From Rhina ancylostomus (lineage: Eukaryota), in assembly GCA_030265395.1 (NCBI GenBank), contig JARFYF010000112.1, forward strand, positions 69,077,837 to 69,141,836: a stretch of DNA of 64,000 nucleotides, in the 5' to 3' direction. The translations under genes were made by a program, and so were the position numbers. Positions 51,226 to 64,000 of this stretch are shown piece after piece; within the stretch, counting starts at the first letter, position 1; each line of letters starts with the position of its first letter. The notes below the pieces were generated by a model. That model searched no databases. It was not told where the DNA came from and was given only the letters and a program-made list of their open reading frames with translations.

Positions 51226-51779
51226 ACATATGATAAAATATTCTGGAGGTTTTTGAAGACTACAAAACTACCACTTCAGATTAATTTATTTTTGTCAGAA
51301 ATTACTTTGTATTTAGCTCAAAAATTTATCAGATCCTCTTGGGGAATTAGACTATCAATGGGAACCAAAACACAAATGTTTTGTGGAGAGGAGGAGAAGG
51401 CACGGGGTAAGTGCTGCTTCCAGTATTTGTTTACTCTAGTATGAAAGTAAATAATACCCAATTTTTTCGCAATTTGAGCAAGGATTTTCAGGTTTGCTGA
51501 TGAATAAATCTGTATTACACAATGATCTTTGCTTTTGAAAACAAGCACATGCCTTACTGCTACTGTTGAGTGAGAAACTGGAATTGATGCCTACAGATGC
51601 TAAGTGGATTCACCTCCATTTTACTAGATTAAGTCATCTAGACTGAATGTTAACATGCCAAGGACTTACAACAGGGAGGTGTAGAAGTTAATTTAAAGCA
51701 TTGCTTATTAGTGTGTCTGGTCAGATGAAGTAACTAAAGAAGATGTGCGTTTTTACCAGCTGCTTTGTATTGCAAATTT

Positions 51780-52150
51780 CTAATGCAATTTATACACAAT
51801 AAGTTTATTTTAATTGCAGTGATCTGCAATATTTTTTAAAGTTGATATGGCCACCCTTTTGCACACTGCAAGATTCTACAAACAGTAATGAAATGATAAA
51901 CATTTAATCATTTTTGTATGTGAGAAAAATATTGTACAGAGCATCAGTAGAAATCCTTGTGTGCATTAAAGTACTTAGTAAATATTTGAACTACTAAATC
52001 AAGCAGATGGAGTGCTGGCTTAATATCTCATCCAAAGGAAGGCACCTTATTCATCTATTATCAGTGTTGCAAAATAGTTTAGACTAGAAATTTTTGTTCT
52101 GAAGTGTTTGCCTCAATGGTTATAGTTGTACTGAATGAAGCTAGGCTGAC
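51780..52150 (-). mobile_element. Ancient Deu-domain SINE, degenerate
   Basis: ttttgcacactgcaagattctacaaacagtaatga...aaatattg...gcagatggagtgctggcttaatatctcatccaaaggaaggcacc; same family as 31160-31290. Confidence 0.55.
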
Positions 52151-53214
52151 ATCTCAAACTTTAAATATACCTATATAGAAAAAGAAGTAGTAATTAGAAG
52201 GAACCTTTCATAGCTTCCTGCAGTGTTTTACAAATTCCTCTGGATTCCATGGTTAGTGCAAAGTAATATATTAACAACTTCTTTAAATTGTGCATACAGA
52301 ATTTGGCATAAACATATTAACTGGAATGCCAAGAACACTACAGGGAAATTTCAAGCCATATATTTTATAGTGGAGGTTGTACTGCCTTAGTGTTAATATC
52401 TTTATAGATAATCTAGGTGATCTAACACAGTACAGTTATCAAAGTTGAAAGAGGAAAGAAAATAAAATTCAATTAGGATTTGTTAAGTCGTGTTATAGAT
52501 TGTTGAGGAAAGAGAGTTGGTATGGAATTCTAGGATTGGGGTAGCTTTAGGCACTATGTTATTGAGATGATAAATTACAAGGAGGATGATTTTCTTATGG
52601 TTGATCTGTGAAGTATTCATAAACACAGCACATTATATCAAACAGATAATATATTTGAAGGGATTCAGTGAGATACTTGTTACTCGACATTTGGGTTCAT
52701 TGTGTGAGGCAAACATTTCCAGGTTGTTTTCTCGGACGATTCTTTTCTGAGAAGTCTTTTTCTTTTTGGCAAATTTTTAAGGGCTTTTGAAAAAGAACCA
52801 TTTTGAAGGGCTTTTCCCACTCAAAAATTACAGACTTGCCATAAAGACAACCACCTTCCTCTAATCAGAGGAAACATACAGCCTCTGAATCTTCTTCTGA
52901 AATCTCTGAATTTACTCAGCAAATCAACATTTGTTATGTAGTGGCTCATTCAATCTCCTATAAACCTCTTTAACTTGTCAGCAAAGCTCTCATTTGTGAG
53001 GAAGTGCAGAGACCTCCAATTAACTCCCTGTTCTCCAAAAGACTGAAGACTGATACCATCCTGGACACTTACGAGGAAACAAATCTCATCAGTTACAAGT
53101 TACATAGTCAAATCTATGTGCTGTCCAGCATGCTGCAATAAAATTCTATTACCTATTGTTAGCATTAGTTTGTTCCTCAGTAAAGTTAGCCAGCTTGCTA
53201 GTATAAGAACTCAC

Positions 53215-53310
53215 CTCCACCTGTTGGCAGATCTGAATGAGTCTGCCCATCTGTGACTCCAGCTCAGTATTCCTCTTCACAAGGTTCGTAAGGTTAGCCT
53301 CCAATGCTTG
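53215..53310 (-). CDS. MID2: MID2/TRIM1 internal coding exon (start of coiled coil), 96 nt, [32 protein letters not shown]
   Basis: Minus-strand acceptor ctcaccacAG and donor GAG|GTgagt; phase 0-0. Translation matches the MID1/MID2 post-B-box coiled coil. Missed by the ORF track. Confidence 0.95.
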
Positions 53311-53639
53311 CTGTGGTGAGACAAGAAATAGTCATGAGAGTTTTTGGGTGTATCCTTTACTCGTTATTTATGTGCTCTACAAGATGAGGAATTTTCATAC
53401 ATTCTCTGTTTCCAAAATCAAACAAAATAGTCACCTAAGTAGTCATTCTACTGTACATCAAATAATGGATGAATATTAGCCCCATCTCAGAATGAAATGT
53501 TTCTCCAATTAACCCATCCAGTGCTTCCACATAATCTGTTGTAATGAGCTTCTTTGTAGGTATTGGATTTTTGCTCACTAGCATCTGGGTTGAAATTATT
53601 TATTAGATATTTTATTTGTGGAACATAAGTATCAATTGA

Positions 53640-53930
53640 AAGGCACAGGAGTGCAAGGCGTACATGGATCCTGACCTCAGTTTCGTCCTAACCTTGGATA
53701 CTGGGCTCTGAGGAGTTTACAGGTTCTCCCTGTGACCACATGGGTTTCCTCCCACATCCCAAAGACATGCTAGTAGGTTAACTGGTTGCTGTAAACTACC
53801 CCTTAGTGTTGGTAAACGGCAAGAGAATGAAAGGGAAATTGCAGGGAAATAAGAAGGGTAGAATGGGATTGAAGTGAATGCACTTTTGGGAGCTGGAATG
53901 GACCGGCTGGGCCCAATGGCCTGCTGTTTG
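53640..53930 (+). mobile_element. Degenerate V-SINE
   Basis: gatcctgacctc...ggagtttacaggttctccctgtgaccacatgggtttcctcccacatcccaaagacatgc...gtaggttaactgg...tgggcccaatggcct. Confidence 0.75.
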
Positions 53931-56900
53931 CAGGTAAGTAAGGCATTTATTGTACGTCCCTAATTACCCTCAAATAAGTAACTTGATCAGCCTTTTCAGA
54001 GGACAGTTAAAAGTTGTCAACCACAGATCTGCAATCATATACATGTCAGATCAAGGAAGTACTACTACCCTGAATGACTTTGACTTTGGTGGTCACATAA
54101 AGTATTCAAGCATCAGGGAGTTCCAAAGGCAAACTTAAGGATATGTGCTTTATATAGATTTATTTAGATAAATGGGGTTAAATTCCTCAACTCTCATGGT
54201 GAGATTCATCTCCAAATTATTAGTCCATGCACATGGACAACTACAATTACTGTAATACTCTGGATTACTAGACCAGTAATATAATTTCAGTGTTTTCATA
54301 CCTCTAATGATCCAAATTTATTTGACAAAGGATCATTGTAATAGCACAAAGGTGAAAGTCTAATCTTGGTTAGATTCAGCAGAAATTCCAGAGGTGAAGA
54401 GATAGACTTGTGTCATGGATTAGCCATTGTGTTCCACTATGTAGATTTATTTTAAACCATATCCAAAAAGAAGTGGATGTCAAATGGTGAATACTTAATG
54501 TGTTCTGCTTTTATAGTTTTATTTGCCATGAGCACAGATCTTGAGAAAATGTACCTTTACAGCAATGTTATTGATCATCATCTCACTTTTACTTAATTAG
54601 TTTATGTCGAAGGATGTATGGTGAAGGCAATTACAGATGGATGTGCATCTCAGGGCCAGAGGGTGACACATTTATCAAAGATCCAGCATAAGCTCTATTT
54701 CATTCACTAGATGTCTGCGGGGAAATGATAGCTATACACAGGTGAAAAGACTGTAATAAAGAATGCATCTGACACAAGTGTAAAATATCAATCACATGAG
54801 GAAATTATAAAAAGATTTTGAGCAGCTACTTAAAGCATTTCCATGCTATACTGTGCTAATGGGCAAAACTACTCTTATTGACTCCAGCAATGCAGCATGT
54901 CTATTATTTCAAGTACTCTAGTTTACAGTATCCATACATTCTCTTCTTGTACTGAGGACACAGACAAACTGACTTCCACCTCATATCTACCTTCACCAAA
55001 ATATGAAATTCAACTCACCAGCAAAAGCTTTGTGCCATTTTTGAGTTTAAGAATTTCACATTTTACATGTAATCCACGAACATAATGCAATTATTTGAAA
55101 ATTGATCATTCCCATTTTGGGAATGCTGGAAATTCTGAAGGGATATTCTGTTTATTTGGAACAAATGGGTTATAAAAAAGATGAAATATGAAACCAAAAT
55201 ATGATAGCAGCTTGAATGGTGACCCAACAAAACAAATTGCCATTATCTCCTCATTTCAGCAAAAATATGATTGAGATGATTTGAAATTAATGTAATTTTA
55301 GTTAGAAAATCAATAGGAACCTATTTGAAATACAATACCTGCCTGGTATCATTTCACCTTTAAGAACTCAATAGCATTTGGCATCTTTCCTAACATTTAG
55401 TCAATACTATTCTATTTCTTTGACTCTTGTTAACCATTATTTTATTGGCCTTTATAGTCACTATAGATTAATACTAACTCATTGAACAGAAATCTGCATT
55501 TGCAATAGTATGCTTTAATACTGGGTTACACATAACATTTATTAGTTCAGTATCAAATATTTTTCACTATTCATGGACCTGGATAATTGGATTGCTCAAA
55601 TGTTTTCTCCAAACACAGACAAAAGCTCAAGATTATATTGCAGAATTAATTTTCCAGGTCCTTGGACTCATTGAAATACCTTGCATGCCCTAAACAAAGA
55701 ATTGAAATAGCTACCCATGAAATATTTACACCTTTTAATAAGTTCACTTGTTTTATTGAAGTTTTAATGTTGCTGCCATGGAGATATACTAACTGCAGCA
55801 CAGTTGGCATATGTGTTGCTGGGATAACATTACCAGGGATTGCTCTGTTCTACCAAAGTCTTACCATGTGAGCCTGATGAAATCCATTTGGGGGTGGGGG
55901 GGGGGGGCGGGGGGAAGGGAGCTTGTTGCACCAGGTCCTCACCAANNNNNNNNNNNNNNNNNNNNNNNNNNNNNNNNNNNNNNNNNNNNNNNNNNNNNNN
56001 NNNNNNNNNNNNNNNNNNNNNNNNNNNNNNNNNNNNNNNNNNNNNNNNNNNNNNNNNNNNNNNNNNNNNNNNNNNNNNNNNNNNNNNNNNNNNNNNNNNN
56101 NNNNNNNNNNNNNNNNNNNNNNNNNNNNNNNNNNNNNNNNNNNNNNNNNNNNNNNNNNNNNNNNNNNNNNNNNNNNNNNNNNNNNNNNNNNNNNNNNNNN
56201 NNNNNNNNNNNNNNNNNNNNNNNNNNNNNNNNNNNNNNNNNNNNNNNNNNNNNNNNNNNNNNNNNNNNNNNNNNNNNNNNNNNNNNNNNNNNNNNNNNNN
56301 NNNNNNNNNNNNNNNNNNNNNNNNNNNNNNNNNNNNNNNNNNNNNNNNNNNNNNNNNNNNNNNNNNNNNNNNNNNNNNNNNNNNNNNNNNNNNNNNNNNN
56401 NNNNNNNNNNNNNNNNNNNNNNNNNNNNNNNNNNNNNNNNNNNNNNNNNNNNNNNNNNNNNNNNNNNNNNNNNNNNNNNNNNNNNNNNNNNNNNNNNNNN
56501 NNNNNNNNNNNNNNNNNNNNNNNNNNNNNNNNNNNNNNNNNNNNNNNNNNNNNNNNNNNNNNNNNNNNNNNNNNNNNNNNNNNNNNNNNNNNNNNNNNNN
56601 NNNNNNNNNNNNNNNNNNNNNNNNNNNNNNNNNNNNNNNNNNNNNNNNNNNNNNNNNNNNNNNNNNNNNNNNNNNNNNNNNNNGTTAAGACCTCTTACAA
56701 TGCCATTGACAATCATGAAAGGTACTTCTTGCCAATGTACCCTACATCAGCAAGCAAATTCAGAATTCCTTCCATTGAGAAGGACTTGATGGTAGTGCAG
56801 GTCAGAGATAGCACTGATTCATCAATATGCATCCTTTGAGCCTGGCAAAATACTGGCCACACAGGATTTTTCCTGAATCATGCTGTGAAAAATCTCTTTG

Positions 56901-59065
56901 AAAAACAAATTACTTAAAATAAGCAGTACTCATAAATCTACAATCCGCTCAGTGAGTGCTCTCACAAGGCAGAAACTCCTGCTAATATTCTGTTTACAGC
57001 AGTCAAAATTCCTCATGCATGTTGGTTGGAATAATATACTGAAATCTCATTTGTAACCCTAAGCTACAAGGGTATATTTGATACAGGCCTGTGATTAACA
57101 ACTGAATTGTGACTGAAAATTATTTAAATGTTAAATTTTAGTTAATATACATAATATTTTTCCACTGAGATTTGAAGTTAGATTTTTTTACAGTCTGTAT
57201 TTTAAATTTAGTATATTTATGAAATTGAAACAAGTAAGTTAGGAAGATCTGAGATGATAAATGATAAAGATACTAATGAAATCACTTTGAAGCTGTTTTC
57301 TCAAGGACCAAAAATAAGTAATTCAATAGATTGCCTCAGGAACTGAAAACTCACCTTAGACCAATTGTAGTGGAAGCATAAATGGAAAGAAGTGATGCAC
57401 TGAAGAATGATAAAAGTGTCATATCCAATTTTGACATTATGGTACAAAAATCGGCTATGCTGGTGTAGTGGTTATGTTATTGGTCCAAAATTGGTTGTAC
57501 TATTAATTCAGAGGACAGCTGTTTCGACCCCTGCATAGGAGTTTGAAAACTTGAAATAAAATAAATAATGATACCAATGAAAAACTGGCCATGAAGCTAT
57601 CAGATTATTCGTAGAACCCAAAATAATCAGAAGCACCCTAGAGTCAGAGAAATAAACTGTTGTTCTTATATTAAAATGACCTCAGTACCATAATGAAAAG
57701 TGTGATAGACTCTTAACTGTCAATTGGTGCAGTTACTCATTTTCAGTGATGGGGGATAAATGGTGACCATACCAAAAAGGTGGGAATAGTTTTTTTTAGA
57801 AAAGTATTAATAATTTTATAGGGATTTGATTTTTTTTATGATGGGAGAACATACCTTTCATCTGACATACTGAGTCAATTGTAACACAGATCTGATGGCC
57901 TGATCCATAGTCTGATCCAGACTGAGTTTTCACACATCAAATTTATCATACTTAGCTGCAAATTATATTCAGTTGCTGCATTAATGTGACATTTTCATTC
58001 TCCACGTCTGTCATCACTGTGGCTTGAATAATGCAGTCAATCTACTAGGCACTCAATGGTGAATTGTGGCCAGCCTTATGACAAGGAGTGGCCAGCTGCC
58101 CATTATTAGGTACAAGTACCCATGTTTAACTGTCAAAGTGCTCCATAAAAGGAGACTTGCATACTTGAACCAAATTCAACATGTATTTAGTTACAGGCAG
58201 GAAAACTGCTCCTTGAAATTACTATCTGTGTGAAAACTCAAATTTACTCTGCCTAATCTTAAAATATGAATTTGTAATCTGTATTTCTACACGCCAAGAC
58301 AAAATGATTGAAACCATTGCAGGAAAGACCATTCAGCTGACTGAGATCAAAGATTATTGGTGCTTTATTTGGGACTAATGCTCTGTCGTCATAACTTTGG
58401 AATGGCCATTTACACACGTAAATAGAACCCTACCAAAACTCGGCAAAAGTTGCTTTTCCCTAGCTTTGATCTGGAAGCTCAATGAATCAGTATGTGCAAA
58501 GAAGCAGGAAAAATAACAAAAACAGTCCAGTCATGCGATATGAAGGTAAAGAGTTATATTGAACAAAGGTGATAAAAATTCAATTTAAGCCACATACAGT
58601 CCATCAGGTAGAGGCTGAGTTGTTTTTGAGAACTAGCTCTTGTTAATGACAACTTGGAAGGCTGCAAAAAATGAGCATGCCAGTGCAGCCCACCCACTTT
58701 GGGGTGCATCAGGAAGCCTGGCCGGTCGGCTCCTCCTCTGACTCTCTCTAAAGAAAAATAAAGCTTGCAGACTGGGCTCCATTTGGTAGGAACTGGAGCA
58801 GAAATTGAATTGACCATCCATGGCATGAACTTTTATGAGTTAAATACTAAAATGGTAGTGATATCCTATGTGTGTTGTAGTGCATGTGCGTGTGTAACAT
58901 TTATGTATGATGCTTACACAAATGTACAGTGTGGTGAAAGAGCTGCAAACATCCAAACAGCTCTTTGTGAATCTTTGTGCTTTTCCATACACTGCATTGC
59001 TCAGGTTTGAAGTAATGAACCTGCATATAATAGACGCACACACACAAGCACGTGTGCAGACATGC

Positions 59066-59078
59066 AGAGAGAGAGAGA

Positions 59079-59121
<43 letters not shown>
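59066..59121. repeat. Compound microsatellite (AG)n(AC)n
   Basis: Directly visible cagagagagagagagacacacaca... of about 55 bp; explains the VCVC and HTHT ORFs at 58840-59267. Confidence 0.97.
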
Positions 59122-59125
<4 letters not shown>

Positions 59126-62100
59126 CCTACATGAACAATATCAGGTGTGTGAACCTTTCAGTTGGTACAGAGAATGTATGGCAATGCCTTTTTTTAAACA
59201 GCATATAACATATTGGAAATTGACTGTATTTGTGAGAACGTGCCCCACAAAACAACACACAAGCTAAATGAATTAGTTCTGAAACTTGAACTATATTAGC
59301 AAATCTTTTAACACCATGGAATGCAAAAGGTGTTTAATGAATAGTACAACAGTTACAGACTCATTTTAAGTGTAAACTGACAGAAATTTTGGAGACTTTC
59401 TGATTTCAAATTAGGAATCAGAAGTCAGTGAGACTTGACACAGGAACCTCCTTAGGCAGCCTGTTGCAATCTCCATGAAGTAGTATCAAGGAGTGTTAAA
59501 TGATATAATTTTATCCAATTCAGAGTGCAAATTAGACTGTAGTTTGGTCAAATACCAGCAATGAAGACTACAGTGAATTATTGAAAATTTTAGATGAGAT
59601 TAAATTTTTTAAGGGTCATGGCAATTCAGCAGATAGAACTACCAAAGATTGATGTTTGGTAATGCTTCTGTGAGGTGCTGATGGACATTCTTTCTGCATA
59701 AATATTAGTTATTGATCAGTCTGCATTTCCAGATTACCCTTCCAATGACTTAACTTCCATACTACCATATGCAGATACCTCATTATCCACCCCGAATCCT
59801 AAATCCACATATCTCTGTAAGAGTTGATTAAAGTAATTCATGCGCACACTTGGACTTGAAAACATGCATAAGTAATATTTAATTTTGGATTCATATCCCT
59901 GAAGTATCAATGTTTGTCTCAAATGAATGTTTGCAATGTGTAGATGACGACAAAGGGATTGCTTTGAGCTTCATTCAAGGACACAAAGGGATGAATATTC
60001 CCGGAAAACATGTGAACTCCTCATGAAACACTCCTTGATATAGTGGGGGTAAGGATGGGTGGGGTGGATGTGGTTTGGCAGATCTGCCCAAAGGACTCAG
60101 GTCTGCCATCTCCAGTCAGAATTTTAATGTCAGTCCAAATGGTTTTCCAGCTCAAAATCTTGCCCCTCTACTATGGTCAAGATTCAGCTTATGACCTAGG
60201 AATCCTCTGACCTAGGAATCAAGAAATACAAGAAGTGAAATTACTACTGAAACAACTTAGAATATAATTTTACTTGGGAAAATTGATTTTTTTTAATGGC
60301 TGTTGTTAGTGTAACAGAAACTGAAGACATTCGGTTGCTGTGCTGAAGACAAACTTAAGCACAGCAGAGCTTAAAAAATAACGCCTGGTTTCCTGTCAGT
60401 ACATTTATAATGTGTACTCTGTTTTGTTCACACTGAATTCCACTTTGCATTCATTCTCATATCTGTAATGAGGGGTTCTTACTGTAGATTTACCGGAATT
60501 GCAGACTTGAGGACAGAATAATAGAAGCGACAAGAATTGTCCAGATGTGTTGGAATAAATATTCTTTGGCCTGTGTAGATTGTTAACTTGACACCAGTTC
60601 AAGTTGTCAAGCATTTATNNNNNNNNNNTTATAATTTTAAAATAGGTTCATGTGAATTAAATAACTCCTTCTGTATCAGCACCCAGCTTTTAAAACTTAG
60701 GCTGCACATTTTTGACATGTCCACTTTTCACAAATTAAACCACTATAAAGAATAATGAATAACTTTAGCATCCTTTTGATATTGAATAAAATAATTTAAC
60801 ACCACTGATGATGTCAAAATGTGTCAGGATGTGGAGAGAAATCAGCCTACAAAAATGCCTTTGTTACTAGGAACTCGTGATGCTGAGAAATTGCATGACT
60901 CTTTGGGTATACGTACTCTTTGACACATAGAATGGTCTGTTCAAATATGCTTTGTCTTGTTTACCATCTTTCTGAATGAAGATTGTTTTGTCCTAATCAA
61001 CATCGGGTTAACAGTAACCTCAATTTCCAGTCCTATTTCCTGTAATGGGCTTGATAATGTCATGAAATCTGGTAAGCAAAACCTGAAACAAATTCAATCC
61101 TTTCTCAGTGAAAATCTACTGTATATATTTATTTATCTCTCCCTTCAAATATTTTACAATTCATTTACAAAATTTATTGGAGTTGCTCTGTTGGGGGCTG
61201 GATAAGTCAATTAGTTACACCATTTGCTTCTTGCCTCTTGGACTAGGGATTTAATTCTAGTGACATGGAACGAAGGATCCCTTGCTGTGCTTATCCTATG
61301 TGGAATGTGTTTATGCAGTTTCTACCTAAAGCAAACTGCAAAACTAGCTATCTTACTGCTTGCGGCCACAGCAATGCATTTTAGAAATAGCTCAGTAGTA
61401 TAAAGAGGTGATTTTTTTAAAATTTGAATTAGCAATTAAGGAAAATTCATGGGACTGTGTAAACACATCTGACTCACAATATATTTTCCTTGGCCAATTT
61501 GGTTAATTACTGTAGCTCATCAAGGTGGTAAAGAGAAGCATCCAAACAAATTAGTAGCATCTTGGTTACATATGTAAACTCACACCTCCATCCTACTGAG
61601 TCTTTCATAAACTTCCTGCTGTGTGAAAATGCCACAGGGCTGAGAGAGAGAATTGTGGTATGGACATATCAGTGCTTTCCAACCCAGTTCCTTCTGCTTG
61701 CTCCCAGTATCACCAAGATGTGGTCAACCCAGGATAAGGAAACTTAATATCTTTAAATGTCTCTTTTGGTGCTCTCCACCCTGGTCTTGTTCTTCAGACT
61801 CTTTTGCTCATACCAGGGCCTTTGGTGCTTTATCAGCTGTGCAGCAACAGTCCCTTTGAGGCATCAGCATCAATGAAATCAAGCAAGCCCTCTCATTTTC
61901 TTCCCACAGAGGTCTGGGGATGGTGCGTGACACAGGCGTGAGCATTTTTAGTGTGTATTTCCATTTGAAAAGAGAAGTTGTTGGTGGGCATTCTTGAAGT
62001 AATGGTGAAAGCAAAGATTTCAGGATTCTGATGTAGCAATGATAAAAGAAAGGCAAAAGATCTCCAAGTGATACAATAATTAATGAGTTAAAGTGGTCCC

Positions 62101-64000
62101 ATACACTTACTGCACTAGTTTTGCTTTACTATGAAGACCACAAGGGAGAAAGTTAAAGTCACTTGGGCAATTCATTGCCAGATCATACAGAGTAGAGTCA
62201 CATGTCTAGCAATTTAATCACTTCTTTTTAGCAATATCAAATAGAACATAGATNNNNNNNNNNATTTTTCTTTCTGGAACAAAATGTGATAACTACTATA
62301 TCTTGGTCAGTTCACATCTCTTCAGATGTCCAACCAGTCCTTCAGAGAGTGAAACACCCTTGTGCTTCTGAGAACTAAGTATTGATGTCATTCCCCATGC
62401 AGCGGTCCTTTTGGAGCATTGGGCAGGAACTTTCCTGGTATCTGGCTCTCCCAGGATAAGCTGGTTTTCTTCAGGTAGTGTCATTCTGCCAGTTAAACTA
62501 CTCACTCAGCTTTCACTTTTTGGCCCCCAACCACAACCTGCAGTGTATNNNNNNNNNNNNNNNNNNNNNNNNNNNNNNNNNNNNNNNNNNNNNNNNNNNN
62601 NNNNNNNNNNNNNNNNNNNNNNNNNNNNNNNNNNTCCCTACTGGCCTGATCTTTAACATAATCCTGTCCCCCACTTCCCCCTGAGATTCACAGCAGAGGT
62701 ACTTGGTGTCTCTCAGACCATCCAACACTATTACTATCTCCGATACCCACCTCGCCCTTTCCACATCGATCATCACGTTGTCACAGCACGGTCCTGATCA
62801 GCTGGCAGCTATTCCATACCCCTAAACCTGACCTGGGAACAAACTAACAGGTGCTAGTCTCTCAATCCCAAAGCACACAATGCTTATTCAGTTCTGCAAT
62901 TAAAATTTGCATCAGGTGATTGGGGATGTGGGGAAAACTGATCTGGTCATTGCCCTGCACCTTACACTGCAATGCCACTTTATTTTGGATGCATTGGAAC
63001 TATGCCTCAGTATATCATACATTCTCCACATAAAAATACAACAAAGTAGTTGCTAAACACAGGCCACAGGTAGGAACAGTAATGCAAATCCAAAAGAAAA
63101 TACCAGTTTTTATCAAGATCCTCAAAGACATTTTGAAATAACAGTTGCACTAATCTTCGCTTACACGGAGGAAGTAAAAACTAGCTCAGATTTTGGAATG
63201 TGAATTGTATTAACTTCAAAGAGATCTTGAGGAAAACATCACTCCTGCTTCAGGCTGAAAGGAAATTGAACAACCCCAATAGTTGAAGAGTCTGTTCATG
63301 TTCAAAGCAGAGCAATTTCCTCTTGGCATCCTATACTGGTCCAAATTTATAGCACAGCCAGGCAGAACTGAACTGAAAAGAGCTGATATTAGATTTGCTG
63401 ACTATAACTCAGGAAATGGATTTAGGAGGGAGCTCAAAACCTTGCTGGTTTCTGATATGTCAGTATTGAAATCAACTAACTATGCTGAGACAATTGAGTT
63501 CATTTTTGATAGTTGTTTGCACCACAAGATAAAAAGCCACATAATTTTCTTCCTTTTATTGACTGTTCTTCTTGTGAACTCATACTAGACTCAGAGATTA
63601 AGGTCCGATGTGTCACAGCCTGCAATTTAATCAAGGGTTATGAATGGTTTATGTCTACAAAATATTATATGAATCCTATTGCCAGACATTCTATTAGCTG
63701 CAATGCCACCACCAGTACAACAATGACAATACAGCATGAAAATTCCATACATAGTTCTCATAATAAATGTAGTCATTGGAATTAATAATAGGAATACAAA
63801 ATATGAAATTTATCCACAACTCTGTAATGCCACTGCAACTGAAGACTAAAACCGGTCTGTATTCTTCTGTTTCCAGACCAATTTCCTTGGGTTGGGGTCA
63901 ACTTGGATTCACAGAGACAACCAACCGGGATTTCCCCCATCAAACTGGAGCCTACCAAAACTCAGCTACATTATTTTTTGTCAGTGCTGCAAGATCAATG

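Noticed and set aside
55811-56839. Longest ORFs in the track (282-342 aa)
   Set aside because: They consist almost entirely of X from an N gap. The same applies to the ORFs at 30111-30458 and 62411-62776.
60192-60220. 13-bp near-tandem duplication tgacctaggaatc (a similar imperfect pair lies at 810-870)
   Set aside because: Two-copy micro-duplications are ordinary slippage products, with no spacer-repeat array structure. Nothing CRISPR-like is present.

Overview
This is vertebrate genomic DNA from a gapped draft assembly, AT-rich and CpG-depleted. The repeat complement (V-domain tRNA SINEs of HE1 type, CR1, Rex1/Babar, Penelope-like elements, Deu-domain SINEs) points to a cartilaginous fish (shark or ray). 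One protein-coding gene is identifiable: MID2 (TRIM1, E3 ubiquitin ligase) on the minus strand. I read eight GT-AG coding exons by hand (53310-53215, 47128-47021, 43500-43352, 40855-40728, 37460-37317, 30731-30570, 24074-23867, 22899-22494). They splice into one open frame of 1401 nt (466 aa plus stop) covering coiled-coil, COS, FN3 and PRY/SPRY. The RING/B-box exon was not seen and probably lies beyond 64000. Positions 1 to ~21000 are 3' UTR/intergenic sequence with decayed retroelements and a few enhancer-like repeat-free blocks. Most entries in the ORF track are spurious, derived from repeats, or run through N gaps. I see no operon-like or CRISPR-like system. The best leads are an in-frame 15-nt microexon candidate inside the MID2 FN3 domain, other unannotated exon candidates, fossil hammerhead-ribozyme cores in short fold-back Penelope-derived elements, and V-SINEs that share a head but carry tails from two different LINE partners. 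Repeat boundaries are approximate, and family assignments come from recalled consensus features rather than a database search.
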